From Spirochaetota bacterium (GTDB lineage Bacteria; Spirochaetota; UBA4802; JAFGDQ01): a stretch of DNA of 64,000 bases. The position numbers were made by a program, and so were the translations under genes. The notes under the pieces are model-generated. The model did no database searches. It was not told the DNA's origin and saw nothing but the letters and a program-made list of their open reading frames with translations. Location of the stretch: positions 1 through 64,000 of the forward strand of contig JAZDKB010000019.1 of NCBI GenBank assembly GCA_043803405.1, written 5' to 3'. Of the stretch, positions 31,216 through 41,438 are shown piece by piece (within the stretch, counting starts at the first letter, position 1; the number at the start of each line of letters is the position of its first letter).

Positions 31216-32349
31216 TCATTGGATTATTGAATCAATTTTTATGGAATGTTTATTTAAATCTTCATTTGAGAATCCCATATTCGCATATCTTTTTTGAGTT
31301 GTAGCAAAATCCTGATGTCCTAAAAAAGCTTGTATATGTTCCAGCGATACACCTTCATTTAAGAGATTCTGAGCAAAGATATGTCTCAAATCATGAAAAT
31401 GTAAATTCTTAAGTTCATGTAAACTTATGATTTTTAAAAGTTTCAACCAATGCTTTCTGAATACAGCTACAGTATAATTTGACAATACTAAGTCAGATTG
31501 ATCATTCATTAAAGATAAAAGAATTTCTCTTAATATAGGTGTTATTGGAATTACCCTACGCTTTTTACTTTTAGTTTTAAAAGCAGAAAGTCGGATTATA
31601 GAATGTTCAAAATCAACTTCAGACCATTCTAAACTGAAAATCTCTCCTCTTCTCATTCCTGTAAGTAAAGCAATTTGAATTATGTTAAATAATCTTTTAT
31701 CAATAACTTCAGCCTTCTCAAGAAGCTCTTTAATCTGCTTCTTATTTAAATTTATTTCCCTGTAGTTATTTTCTTTTAATTTAATTTTACTGAAAGGATT
31801 ATGAACACAGTATTTTCTTCTAATACAAAAATTGAAAAAACATACACAGACCGCTAATGTTCGATTTACTGATGAGTTTGCAACAGATTGTTTTGCCTTG
31901 GTTTGTTTTGAAAAAAATAGCTGTTGTCTATAAAGGATAAAATCCTCTACATTACCTTCGTTAACATCTTTTAGCAATTTATCTTGTTTGAAAAATGTTT
32001 TCACTATTTTTTCAATGACAAAGCATTCCCACTTAAACATTGTTTCAGTTTTTGTATTTTTACAGAATTCAAGATATTCATTTAACTTTTCAAATAAAAG
32101 AAATGAACTTTCGGTTTTAATCAGTTGCTTTTCTAAATTTTCGATTTTTTCAATGAGCGGTGACTTGTCTGAAGAGTCTTCAAGCAGTCTTGTTTGCCAA
32201 CGACTATACATTGATTTAACAATACTGGGCTTGCATTTAACCTGCTTCCTAAATCTTTTTCCTGAGATGGGGTCAGTGTAATCAAACCTGTATGTTAACT
32301 GGCTAAATTCGTCAGCTTTTTCGTTGATGTATTTTTTTACGTATCTCAT
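31216..32349 (-). CDS. Tyrosine recombinase/integrase
   Basis: TGMRRGE, KTK, HDLRH, LGH, RY catalytic set intact. Confidence 0.95.
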   Translation of the reverse strand: MRYVKKYINEKADEFSQLTYRFDYTDPISGKRFRKQVKCKPSIVKSMYSRWQTRLLEDSSDKSPLIEKIENLEKQLIKTESSFLLFEKLNEYLEFCKNTKTETMFKWECFVIEKIVKTFFKQDKLLKDVNEGNVEDFILYRQQLFFSKQTKAKQSVANSSVNRTLAVCVCFFNFCIRRKYCVHNPFSKIKLKENNYREINLNKKQIKELLEKAEVIDKRLFNIIQIALLTGMRRGEIFSLEWSEVDFEHSIIRLSAFKTKSKKRRVIPITPILREILLSLMNDQSDLVLSNYTVAVFRKHWLKLLKIISLHELKNLHFHDLRHIFAQNLLNEGVSLEHIQAFLGHQDFATTQKRYANMGFSNEDLNKHSIKIDSIIQ

Positions 32350-32446
32350 ATTGTTTTCTCCTATTGTTTACATAGGGGAAGAAGAGATACACTTTGCTTT
32401 ATAAATAACATCTTATTCATACTACCTTCTCTTGCAAATACAATTT

Positions 32447-32638
32447 TTAATTGATTTTTGAATTATTAATAATCAATAAAATCTCATCTAACTTAAATAA
32501 GAATCTTCTTCCGTTTAAAGAATAAGCCGGTAATATCTTTTCTCTTACCATCTTTTGTATGCTATAAACAGGCACCGAGATTAAGGTGCTTAATTCTTTT
32601 GAATTAACAAATAATTTTTCCTTCTTCTCCATGATCAC
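32447..32638 (-). CDS. Excisionase-like HTH protein
   Basis: 63 aa; KELS.LI.V....I..MVREKILPA...GRRFLF pattern; upstream of the integrase. Confidence 0.75.
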   Translation of the reverse strand: MIMEKKEKLFVNSKELSTLISVPVYSIQKMVREKILPAYSLNGRRFLFKLDEILLIINNSKIN

Positions 32639-32778
32639 CTCTATTTATATGAGGTATTTAATATCAAGTATTTCCACTTTTACTTTTTCAAGGCAACCTT
32701 CAAACATCTATAAGTCCAGCACTTGTATGATCTTATTTTGTCATCGAGGCAGCAGATTTAGTGACAACTTTAATATTT

Positions 32779-33159
32779 TTAATTCTCAATAAAATTAGTC
32801 TTAAAATTTTTACAAGTATATGGAACAAGTTCTTGTTCGAAACCATTCTTAAATCTTTTAGTGAATAGAAAATTCTCTTCGAATTTGGAAAGTTCGCTAA
32901 ACGTTATATACAAGTTGTCATTTTTAAAATTTTGATTTCGATTGTTAACAATATCCTTAATATCGTTATACATTTTTTCATCTACGAAAATTGAAACCCA
33001 TATACCCTTGACCATATCTCTGCCGATACAAGTAAAAGTCGAAGGTAAGGGTTTTACACCTAGGCTTGTATTTACAATGTGAATTTTGCCTAAAGACAAA
33101 TCTTCAAACTTAACATCAACGTGTTTTAAATTTTCACTCATAACTTTTCTCCTTATCAT
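32779..33159 (-). CDS. Hypothetical protein
   Basis: ORF co-oriented with the module. Confidence 0.5.
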   Translation of the reverse strand: MIRRKVMSENLKHVDVKFEDLSLGKIHIVNTSLGVKPLPSTFTCIGRDMVKGIWVSIFVDEKMYNDIKDIVNNRNQNFKNDNLYITFSELSKFEENFLFTKRFKNGFEQELVPYTCKNFKTNFIEN

Positions 33160-33215
33160 TATTTATATTTTTAGAAACGACCTGTTTCTTATTATGCTAA
33201 CTAAAATCGAGCTTA

Positions 33216-33596
33216 TTAAATATCGAGAATTGTCACTCTCGGTTTTTGTCCGGGCAATCTATGAACTGCTATCAACTCAGAACTTTCTAAGACTTTTAAC
33301 GCTCTTGAAGCAGCTGATCTGTCGAAACCCCATTCAGTTCCGATTCGAGATAAATTGATTGCTACTTTAGCATTGCCATTCATACCAGCAATGTGCCAAA
33401 TATGAATCGCTAAGTGTAAAGCCTTACCCGGTAACCCACCTGCAATAATTATCCATTTCCAAGGAATCGGGCCTTTTAAAAATCTTTCACCTTTCCCGTA
33501 TTTTGGCAATTTTGACTTATCCTGTTTAACAGGTTTCTTTATCGCCGTATCTACTTTCAATTCTATATCCTCTATGTTTTTGAAAAAATCATCCAT
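33216..33596 (-). CDS. Small winged-HTH protein
   Basis: FLKGPIPWKW, GFDRSAASRALKVLE..ELI; GGAG RBS. Confidence 0.65.
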   Translation of the reverse strand: MDDFFKNIEDIELKVDTAIKKPVKQDKSKLPKYGKGERFLKGPIPWKWIIIAGGLPGKALHLAIHIWHIAGMNGNAKVAINLSRIGTEWGFDRSAASRALKVLESSELIAVHRLPGQKPRVTILDI

Positions 33597-33656
33597 TGTC
33601 TGTTGTGCTCCTTTAAATTAACTAAATGCTCTTCAATAAACCTTTATATTAAACTG

Positions 33657-35444
33657 TTAGATAGAAAGTTTATTCATAGAAAGCCTGTTTTCTGCTAATC
33701 CGAATTCATTGATAATATCATTTACAGTATTCCACATTTTTTCACCTCTTGGGTCACTATAGCGTGCAGGAGAATCAATTCTCTTTACGTCAGACGTTAA
33801 TTCGAAGCCATCCAATACCACTTTACTTGCTTTTGCCATTGCCTGCTTTGTTGCCCTTATAGATTCCTCAATAGTTTCGACAGGTGCTTCTATTAGTAAT
33901 GCGTCGTGAATAGGTGTGCAGATTTTTACTCCATTTTGAATAGCATAGCAACATGCCAATCTCATCATTTCGGCACCATTGGATTGCATTAAAAAATTCT
34001 TTATTGTAGTTTCTTTTGTTTTGGTTGTGATATGCAATGTCCAACCGAATACAGTTTTTAAATATCCATACAATTGGGCATAATCGAAGACATTCTCTAT
34101 CCAAGTCCAGAATTTTGGAAAAGTTTTATGATGTAATGCTATCAACTTTTCAGCTTCTCTTTCATCTCCACCAATCCGAATAGATAAACTTTTCTTGCCC
34201 ATCCCGTATAGTACACCCAATGCGCACTGTTTAAATAGATCTCGCTCTCTGGGATGAGTCTCTTTCGTTGCATTTTCGGGAACGACTCCAGCTAGTTTTG
34301 CAAACTGTAGGTAAGGGTCGCCTGATAAATAAGAGTTCATCATATTTTGATCTTTTGAAAGTGCAGCAGCTATACCGAATTCCTGTTGTGACCAGTCTAT
34401 ATATACAATAGCGTAACCTTGACTGGGCTTTATTAACACTCTTAGCCAAACAGATGGTCCGAAGATGTTTTTATTATTTCTCGGTTGATTCCTTCCTGTT
34501 ATGCTCCCAAATGCAGATAATATAAAGCGGTTCCTGTAATCTGAACCAATTGAAAGATCATTGAGCCTCATTCTATTTAAAGTTACTCTGAGTTCCCGAA
34601 GTGGATTAATGTTCGGGTAGATTTTAGACATCTCACTAAAGGTTTTGTCGTCTAATTTTAAGTGTCCGGAATCATGTCTTGGCCAAATATAATTATTCTT
34701 TTTCAACCAAGCCTCAAATTTTGCTGTTTTAAACGTTTTACCATTTTCATAAACGTTGTATTCTTTATCAATTTTAGAAATGAGGGTTTCTTTGATCATT
34801 TCCCAATTGTCTTTCAGGATTGTGTACAATGTATGATCTATTGGAATTCCGTAGCGCTCCATTATAGCAGCACATTTCATGTACTCTCCTCTCAATAAAG
34901 CATATGAGATGTTTATTTGCGGGATTATTTTGTACCAAAGTTGAGACAATGCTTTAACATCTGATTCACAATAAGACCAAATATATTCTTTATCTTTCTC
35001 AGACCATTTTTCATTTAAAATGAGATTTATCATGCCCTCTTTTTCTTGATAAGTGATCGAATCTAAACCATAATATAGCAGGGCATCAATTAACCCTCTT
35101 CTTCCTTTTTTCTTTTTATCAGGATTAAAAGGTAATTCGAGACCATTTGTGAGATTTTTAAATTCTATGCAAAGGTCGATTACATAATGTGGTAGCTGCC
35201 ACCCCAAAGATAGATGACACCCAAACTCAGCGCTTGCATAATAAGCAACGAAGATAGCATTAGAATTTATTGGATATGGTGGTAATTTGAAATTCGAAAA
35301 TTCTTCTTTCCATATCCTTATTATCTGACCACTTAACAACTCTTGCGCTACAAGACAAATTGGGATTGGCAATTCACCTTCAGAATTAAAGAATTCAAAA
35401 TCAACAAACCAAATTTCTTTTCCTGATAAATTAAAATCTTTCAT
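33657..35444 (-). CDS. Family A DNA polymerase with 3'-5' exonuclease, no 5'-3' nuclease domain
   Basis: Exo VDFEF and YCESD; TGRNQP; motif A DWSQQE, motif B RDLFKQCALGVLYG, motif C IHDA. Confidence 0.9.
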   Translation of the reverse strand: MKDFNLSGKEIWFVDFEFFNSEGELPIPICLVAQELLSGQIIRIWKEEFSNFKLPPYPINSNAIFVAYYASAEFGCHLSLGWQLPHYVIDLCIEFKNLTNGLELPFNPDKKKKGRRGLIDALLYYGLDSITYQEKEGMINLILNEKWSEKDKEYIWSYCESDVKALSQLWYKIIPQINISYALLRGEYMKCAAIMERYGIPIDHTLYTILKDNWEMIKETLISKIDKEYNVYENGKTFKTAKFEAWLKKNNYIWPRHDSGHLKLDDKTFSEMSKIYPNINPLRELRVTLNRMRLNDLSIGSDYRNRFILSAFGSITGRNQPRNNKNIFGPSVWLRVLIKPSQGYAIVYIDWSQQEFGIAAALSKDQNMMNSYLSGDPYLQFAKLAGVVPENATKETHPRERDLFKQCALGVLYGMGKKSLSIRIGGDEREAEKLIALHHKTFPKFWTWIENVFDYAQLYGYLKTVFGWTLHITTKTKETTIKNFLMQSNGAEMMRLACCYAIQNGVKICTPIHDALLIEAPVETIEESIRATKQAMAKASKVVLDGFELTSDVKRIDSPARYSDPRGEKMWNTVNDIINEFGLAENRLSMNKLSI

Positions 35445-36031
35445 CGTATTCCTCTAAGATTTTTTACAACTGGATGATCTACAGATTCAATAGTCCTGTT
35501 TTTGAATGCTATTCTAAGAATTTCATTGAATGTAATATCCGGCCATTCCGGTTCTGGGAAGTTGTCAACAGGCTCGTAGATCTGATATCGGTTTTGTGAT
35601 TGATTGGAACGTACTCTGATCCATTTATTAATTGCAAATTGGGCTGCCTCTAAGGCAGATTTATGCCATTGATTGTCACTGGGGTATGGCACCGGCCAGA
35701 TAAAAAGTTCCCCTTGTAATGTGATTGATGTAAATAATTTAACCTGAATCGCTTCATCGGATAATTCAGAGATTAGGCTAGGATGAATAAAATAAGTTTC
35801 ACCTTTTTCTTTTAAATTTATTATTAGAGCTGATATTACCCATTTAGAATGACTTCTTATAAATTGCTGCTTATCCGGTTTTTTAGTTTGGATTTCAGTT
35901 AGGATTTTTTTAATAATTTTTTCCTCAGAGAAATCCTGAGATATTTTTAACGTGTCAAGATTTGAAAAAATATCTTGATCGTTTGATGTGTTTTGAGCTT
36001 CTTCAAAACTTTTTGAATTATCAATATTCAT
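35441..36031 (-). CDS. Polymerase-associated protein (possible ssDNA-binding)
   Basis: 4-bp overlap with the polymerase start; aromatic-rich beta-type sequence; function inferred only. Confidence 0.55.
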   Translation of the reverse strand: MNIDNSKSFEEAQNTSNDQDIFSNLDTLKISQDFSEEKIIKKILTEIQTKKPDKQQFIRSHSKWVISALIINLKEKGETYFIHPSLISELSDEAIQVKLFTSITLQGELFIWPVPYPSDNQWHKSALEAAQFAINKWIRVRSNQSQNRYQIYEPVDNFPEPEWPDITFNEILRIAFKNRTIESVDHPVVKNLRGIR

Positions 36032-36228
36032 AAGCTACTCCTACATTGAAGTTGTTTTATATAATCAACGTACAGAAAGGATATAACTAAGAATATTTTT
36101 ATTAATTTAATTAAAAGATCAGGAGGAATAATATTTTAAACAAACAGAATGGAGAGTATAGTTTTTGTTAATTTCTTATGATTGCGGATTTTAACTGTAA
36201 ATTATTGTGTAAGAATAATAAAAATGGG

Positions 36229-38109
36229 TTACCTGTTTTCTATTTCAGTTTTCATAGTTATAAATTTATTGTTTAATTCTTTACGAAGATTTGAATCTTT
36301 TTTTTCAATTCTTGCTAATAATGAAGCAGCTATTCCTAACTTGTTCGCTAGGTCTTTTTGTTTAATATTATTTATTTTTCTGAATTCTCTTATTTCTGAG
36401 CCAGAGTATACCTCTTGCTCCAATTTAGATAATCTATAATAATGTGTATCATTATAATTGGAAATTTTTTTTGATAGCCAAGTGGGTTTTGCAATATGTA
36501 TGGAGCATTCTGACCATTGATTATCAACAAGTTCAGAAGGTTTTTGTTTTATTACTTTATAAGGTTTCTTTTTTGTATTACTTTCTAAATTAATGATTGG
36601 ATATTTGATCTTATTCAATCTGGATTTTTTATTTTTTATCTTTGATGAATCTTCTTCTTTTACAGTAATCCATTCACCTATATAACCCTTTTTCCTAAGT
36701 TTTTCAAGAGTTCCTTCTAACATTTCGATTCTTTTTGCACCGTATGACCCAGAAGATTCCTTTTCGGCATATGAATCTAAACCGCATCTTTTAATAAGAT
36801 CCGTAACTGATATTATAATATCTTCACAGGCTACCCATTGTAATGCTAAATTTGTCATCAGGAAAAATATTAAGTAATTTTCTCCTATCCCTTCTTTAAC
36901 AATCGCTTTTGGAAGTATAGTATAATTATTCTCGTCGAAATATGTCTTGTTCAGTTTTAGTCTTAATCTAAATTTCCTAATATCATTTATTGTTGGTTCA
37001 AAATCTAATTTATATATTTCAAGCTTATCACCTGAATAAGAAAAAAATACTTTACTCCTTTGATCATATTTATGAATATTTATTTTGTTAACACTTTTAT
37101 TTGGTTTTGCCAATATATAAACATTGCTGAAGACAAATAGAATTTTAATAAAATCTTTCTTTTCATAATCCTTTATCTGAATACCTTTTGCTTTTAATCC
37201 TTTTAAATAATCGGCCATACTTCCATCAATCTCTCTTTGCCTGCCTTTCCTTTCAAAGTTTAAAAAAATTGCTAATAAGTAACGCAGTCCTTTTGGACTA
37301 AATGCTTCGTTCATTAAACTTTTTATAAAATTTTCAACAGTTTTAAAATTTTCATCTTTCAATTTTCCAAAATAATATTTTTCTAAAGATGATTTATCCA
37401 AACTTAAAGAATAGGTAATGCCTAAATAATCTATCTTTATTATATATTGATCTTTTTGAGTAGTAAATTCAAGGTTATCAAAAAATCCTCTATCTCTTCC
37501 AAATTTATCTTCAGCAACTCCGGAGAACAGAGGCAGATAGAGTTTTAACCATAAAGGTATTGGAAATACTTCACTATATATAATCGAATCTATATCCTGA
37601 TTCCGCTTTTCCCATTGAGACTCAACATAACATAAAATGATTAAGGTTATGTCTGCAATATACTCTCCAGTTATATTATTTATATTTTCCTTGGTTGGTG
37701 GACATTTGAATATATCGACAATATGTTCTGCATCATAATAGTCTGACCAATTATATATTTCTTCAAGAGTGAGGTTGTCGAATTTCTTTAATTTGATTTC
37801 AAGTCTTTCAATTGTTTCCTTAATAGTTTCATATATATCAGCAGTATGGAAATACTGTTTACATTTTACCCATTCATATAGAGGTAAAGCATTAAACAAT
37901 TTTTTAGCTTGCTCTTTATCAAAATATTGGGTCATATCCTTAATAGTTGTTTCTTTTGTTATAGACTTTTTGGGGATTACTGGCCAATCTCCGGGTAATC
38001 TTCTGCGTGGTTGTGAAATGTCAGGTGCATCTTTGAGTTCATACATAGTATTGTCGTAAGTCTCATAGAGAAGGAATGATTTATTGCTATTGGGATTGTT
38101 GTATTCCAT
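36229..38109 (-). CDS. Large protein with C-terminal XRE HTH; possible replication initiator
   Basis: IREFRKINNIKQKDLANKLGIAASLLARIE; upstream wHTH-like RIEMLEGTLEKLRKKGYIGEW. Confidence 0.55.
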   Translation of the reverse strand: MEYNNPNSNKSFLLYETYDNTMYELKDAPDISQPRRRLPGDWPVIPKKSITKETTIKDMTQYFDKEQAKKLFNALPLYEWVKCKQYFHTADIYETIKETIERLEIKLKKFDNLTLEEIYNWSDYYDAEHIVDIFKCPPTKENINNITGEYIADITLIILCYVESQWEKRNQDIDSIIYSEVFPIPLWLKLYLPLFSGVAEDKFGRDRGFFDNLEFTTQKDQYIIKIDYLGITYSLSLDKSSLEKYYFGKLKDENFKTVENFIKSLMNEAFSPKGLRYLLAIFLNFERKGRQREIDGSMADYLKGLKAKGIQIKDYEKKDFIKILFVFSNVYILAKPNKSVNKINIHKYDQRSKVFFSYSGDKLEIYKLDFEPTINDIRKFRLRLKLNKTYFDENNYTILPKAIVKEGIGENYLIFFLMTNLALQWVACEDIIISVTDLIKRCGLDSYAEKESSGSYGAKRIEMLEGTLEKLRKKGYIGEWITVKEEDSSKIKNKKSRLNKIKYPIINLESNTKKKPYKVIKQKPSELVDNQWSECSIHIAKPTWLSKKISNYNDTHYYRLSKLEQEVYSGSEIREFRKINNIKQKDLANKLGIAASLLARIEKKDSNLRKELNNKFITMKTEIENR

Positions 38110-38459
38110 AAAATTATTTTTAAAAATTAAAATATTCCATAACTATTATCGGAATATGTTTTACTATATCAATTAATAGAATATATATATATAAGATAGT
38201 ACGGGTGTGCCGAAATGTACCAAGGGATGTGCAATATTGCAACATATTTATCAAAACTGAGGTTGAGATTTTAGTAAGTGTTATTTTCGCTCCAGTAGTC
38301 AGTTCACGGTAAATCCATGTTAACCGTATCTAAATGATTCAGCAGAAGCTTGCGTACTTCTTTGGTTGAGTTTTGAATAAGAATCGGTTGGTGTTATATT
38401 AACATATTTACTAACTCATTTCATATTCTGCACATAATAATTGTATTAAAAATAATAAA

Positions 38460-39914
38460 TTAAGGATTTTCTCTGCTAAACCATGCAACAGCGTTTGTTG
38501 TAAAAGCTGCTACATATATATTCTTTCCATCAGGGGATATTATAACGGAATTTAGCCCATTTATATTTTCATTTGTATAATTGGTTATATATGTAAGAAC
38601 TCCACTGCTTTCGTTTCTTGTAAATAAACCAACTGTTGCACCCCATGTAGTATAATAAACATTTTTATTATCCGGTGATACTATAATAGAGGTTACCATA
38701 CTACTCCCAAAACCTGAATAACTATTTACAAATGTTAGTACTCCTGTGATTAAATTTCTTGTAAATAAATAAACTAAAGGTGAGGATGTACTTGCTGCAT
38801 ATAAGCTTACCCCATCTGAAGATATTGTGACAACACCTAAATAGCCACTTGGTGAATATTTATTTATATAACTAAGTTCTCCCGTAGTCTCATTTCTAGT
38901 AAATAGTGAGATGCTATCTTCTGTTGGGACATAGAGATGTTTTCCATCAGAAGATATTGTAATACTATTTGGCCACCATAAACCGGAAACAATATACCTG
39001 TCAACATATGTTAGCGCTCCAGTAGTCTCATTCCTACTAAACCATGCAATAGCATCGGAAGCCAATGCACTGACATATATAAATTTTCCATCTGGAGAAA
39101 CTATAATAAAACATGGCGTTTCAATACTTATATCTGAATAACTACCACTATATGTAAGAGCACCTGTTCCGCTATCCCGACTAAACCAGGCTACTGTGTC
39201 AGAGCCGTCTGCTACTATGTAGACATGCATTCCATCAGAAGAAATTGCAATGGATGTAGGGCTTACAATTTCTGTGCTAGAATATTTATCAATATATGTA
39301 AGAGCTCCTGTTGTCTCGTTTCTACTAAACCATGCAACAAGACAACTATTATCATCTTTTTTAACAGACACTCCATATGCATTTTTACCATCAGGAGAGA
39401 CTGTAACACCCATTGTACCTCCTAACTCAATATTTGAATACATGCCAGCATATAAAAGTCTGCTATCTGCAATTACGTTTCCTTTTAGATATATTATATA
39501 TGGGTTTTTAGTTGAATCATTGTTCTTAATAGTTATTATAGCATTTTTTTCTCCGACATTATCAGCATTGAATTTTACAGTGAATGTTAGATATTTACTG
39601 GGATAAATGTTGTAATATGCTGGCTGTGTTAATGAATAATAATCAGAGTTAGTTATTGTTATAGCTTCAAATATTTCTAAAACAAAACTACCATTATTTT
39701 TTATTGTAAACTCTATTTCGCTCGATGCACCTAACCATAAATCACCGAAATCGTAAAGATCGCCAGATGTTATATTATTACCATTCTGCTCTATGGCCAT
39801 ATCTGGTACAATCATATCTAGTTTAGAATTATCTATACAGCTAATAATGTTAAATAAAATAATTAATAAACCAATTTGGATTATTTGCCCAAGAGTGTTT
39901 TTATTTTTTTTCAT
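38460..39914 (-). CDS. Lipoprotein: Ig-like (ASH/choice-of-anchor D) domain plus lactonase-like beta-propeller
   Basis: Lipobox-like IISC; FTIKNNG; about seven repeats of ISPDG..Y...WFSR..TGALT. Confidence 0.75.
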   Translation of the reverse strand: MKKNKNTLGQIIQIGLLIILFNIISCIDNSKLDMIVPDMAIEQNGNNITSGDLYDFGDLWLGASSEIEFTIKNNGSFVLEIFEAITITNSDYYSLTQPAYYNIYPSKYLTFTVKFNADNVGEKNAIITIKNNDSTKNPYIIYLKGNVIADSRLLYAGMYSNIELGGTMGVTVSPDGKNAYGVSVKKDDNSCLVAWFSRNETTGALTYIDKYSSTEIVSPTSIAISSDGMHVYIVADGSDTVAWFSRDSGTGALTYSGSYSDISIETPCFIIVSPDGKFIYVSALASDAIAWFSRNETTGALTYVDRYIVSGLWWPNSITISSDGKHLYVPTEDSISLFTRNETTGELSYINKYSPSGYLGVVTISSDGVSLYAASTSSPLVYLFTRNLITGVLTFVNSYSGFGSSMVTSIIVSPDNKNVYYTTWGATVGLFTRNESSGVLTYITNYTNENINGLNSVIISPDGKNIYVAAFTTNAVAWFSRENP

Positions 39915-39964
39915 GTTAAAAATATCCTTATTTATTAAACTTAAACATGGATAGTTTACTAAGG

Positions 39965-41419
39965 TCAATCTCTGCTAAACCAGATAACTGCATTACACCA
40001 GTCAGCTGCAACATATATATTATTTCCATCTGGGGATATAGCAAGTGAATATGCTTCGTCTATATTACTTTCATTAGTGTATTTTCCAGTATACGCAAGT
40101 TCACCGGTAGACTCATCCCTTACATACCAAAAAACGGAATCTGTAACTTCTGAAGTAACATAAGCATTTTTCCCATCAGGATGGATAATAAGTGATTGAG
40201 GATAATCTACGTCTTCATAATAGATATAATTACTATTAGTGAGATCACCGGTGTCTGTATCCCTGGCGAATGAATAAATTGAACCGCCAATGCCATAGTG
40301 CACTACATAAACATATTTACCATCAGGAGAAATGGCAACAGACCGGGCATTAGTTATATTATGTGAGATCGTTTTATCTACAAAAGTAAGATCGCCAGAA
40401 CTTGCATCCCTGTCAAACCATGAAACTGAACCATCTACTTCAGCTGCTATATATATATTATTCCCATCCGGAGATATTACAATTGAATTTACTCCATCAA
40501 TATTTACATTTGAATAGCTATTCCGAAATGTTAACTCTCCGGTAGTTGTATTTCTGTTAAACCATGCAATTGTATCAGCAGCATAACCAATAACATAAAC
40601 ATGCTTTCCGTCAGGAGAGACGGTAACATAATTTGCTTGATCAATGATTGAATTAGTATAATTGTTAAGATAAGTGAGGTAGCCGGTGGTTGTGTTTCTA
40701 CTAAACCATGCGATTGTGTCAGATTCTTCTGCGGTCACATATGCATTTTTACCATCCGGAGATATAGCAACACAATTTGCCCCGTTAAGAATAGTTACAT
40801 CCCTATATCTAAAACTCCATGTTAAAGCTCCTGTGCTCTCATTTCTATTAAACCAACTGACTGCATCATAATAATATGAAGTAGCATAGACATGCCTTCC
40901 GTCAGGAGAGACTGCTACAGAACGGCAAAGCCCTACATTGGTAAGTGATTGATATTTATCAATGTATTCCAGTCTCCCTCCCCCTAATCCAGATCCCTTT
41001 ACACTAAATGTATATGGATCCTGTAATGAATCATTACTATTAATTGTTATTATGGTCGATCTTTCTCCTTTATTCTTCGGGTTATAAATTACTGTGAAAT
41101 TTTCATTCCCACCAATTTCAATCATAGTATTTGCAGGTTGTTGAACTGAGAAATCATCACTATTGCTTGTTTCAATATCTCCATTAATCCTAAGAGCAAA
41201 ATTACCAGTATTTTCAATTGTAAATTCAATATAATTTGACAATCCTATTGCCAAACTATTAAAGGTGTACCCCAATTCTCCAGGAAGAATAGCATTATTA
41301 CTAAGCCTCACCTGTATATCAGGTATAACCATATCCATTTTGGGAGTATCAAAACAAGTGATTATATTAAATATTATAAAGATAATGGGGATTATTTTTT
41401 TAAAGATATTTATCTTCAT
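39965..41419 (-). CDS. Lipoprotein: Ig-like domain plus lactonase-like beta-propeller (paralog of 38460)
   Basis: IITC; FTIENTG; repeated ISPDG...WF.R..TG.LT. Confidence 0.75.
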   Translation of the reverse strand: MKINIFKKIIPIIFIIFNIITCFDTPKMDMVIPDIQVRLSNNAILPGELGYTFNSLAIGLSNYIEFTIENTGNFALRINGDIETSNSDDFSVQQPANTMIEIGGNENFTVIYNPKNKGERSTIITINSNDSLQDPYTFSVKGSGLGGGRLEYIDKYQSLTNVGLCRSVAVSPDGRHVYATSYYYDAVSWFNRNESTGALTWSFRYRDVTILNGANCVAISPDGKNAYVTAEESDTIAWFSRNTTTGYLTYLNNYTNSIIDQANYVTVSPDGKHVYVIGYAADTIAWFNRNTTTGELTFRNSYSNVNIDGVNSIVISPDGNNIYIAAEVDGSVSWFDRDASSGDLTFVDKTISHNITNARSVAISPDGKYVYVVHYGIGGSIYSFARDTDTGDLTNSNYIYYEDVDYPQSLIIHPDGKNAYVTSEVTDSVFWYVRDESTGELAYTGKYTNESNIDEAYSLAISPDGNNIYVAADWCNAVIWFSRD

Positions 41420-41438
41420 CTTCTTATCTCCAGAATAG

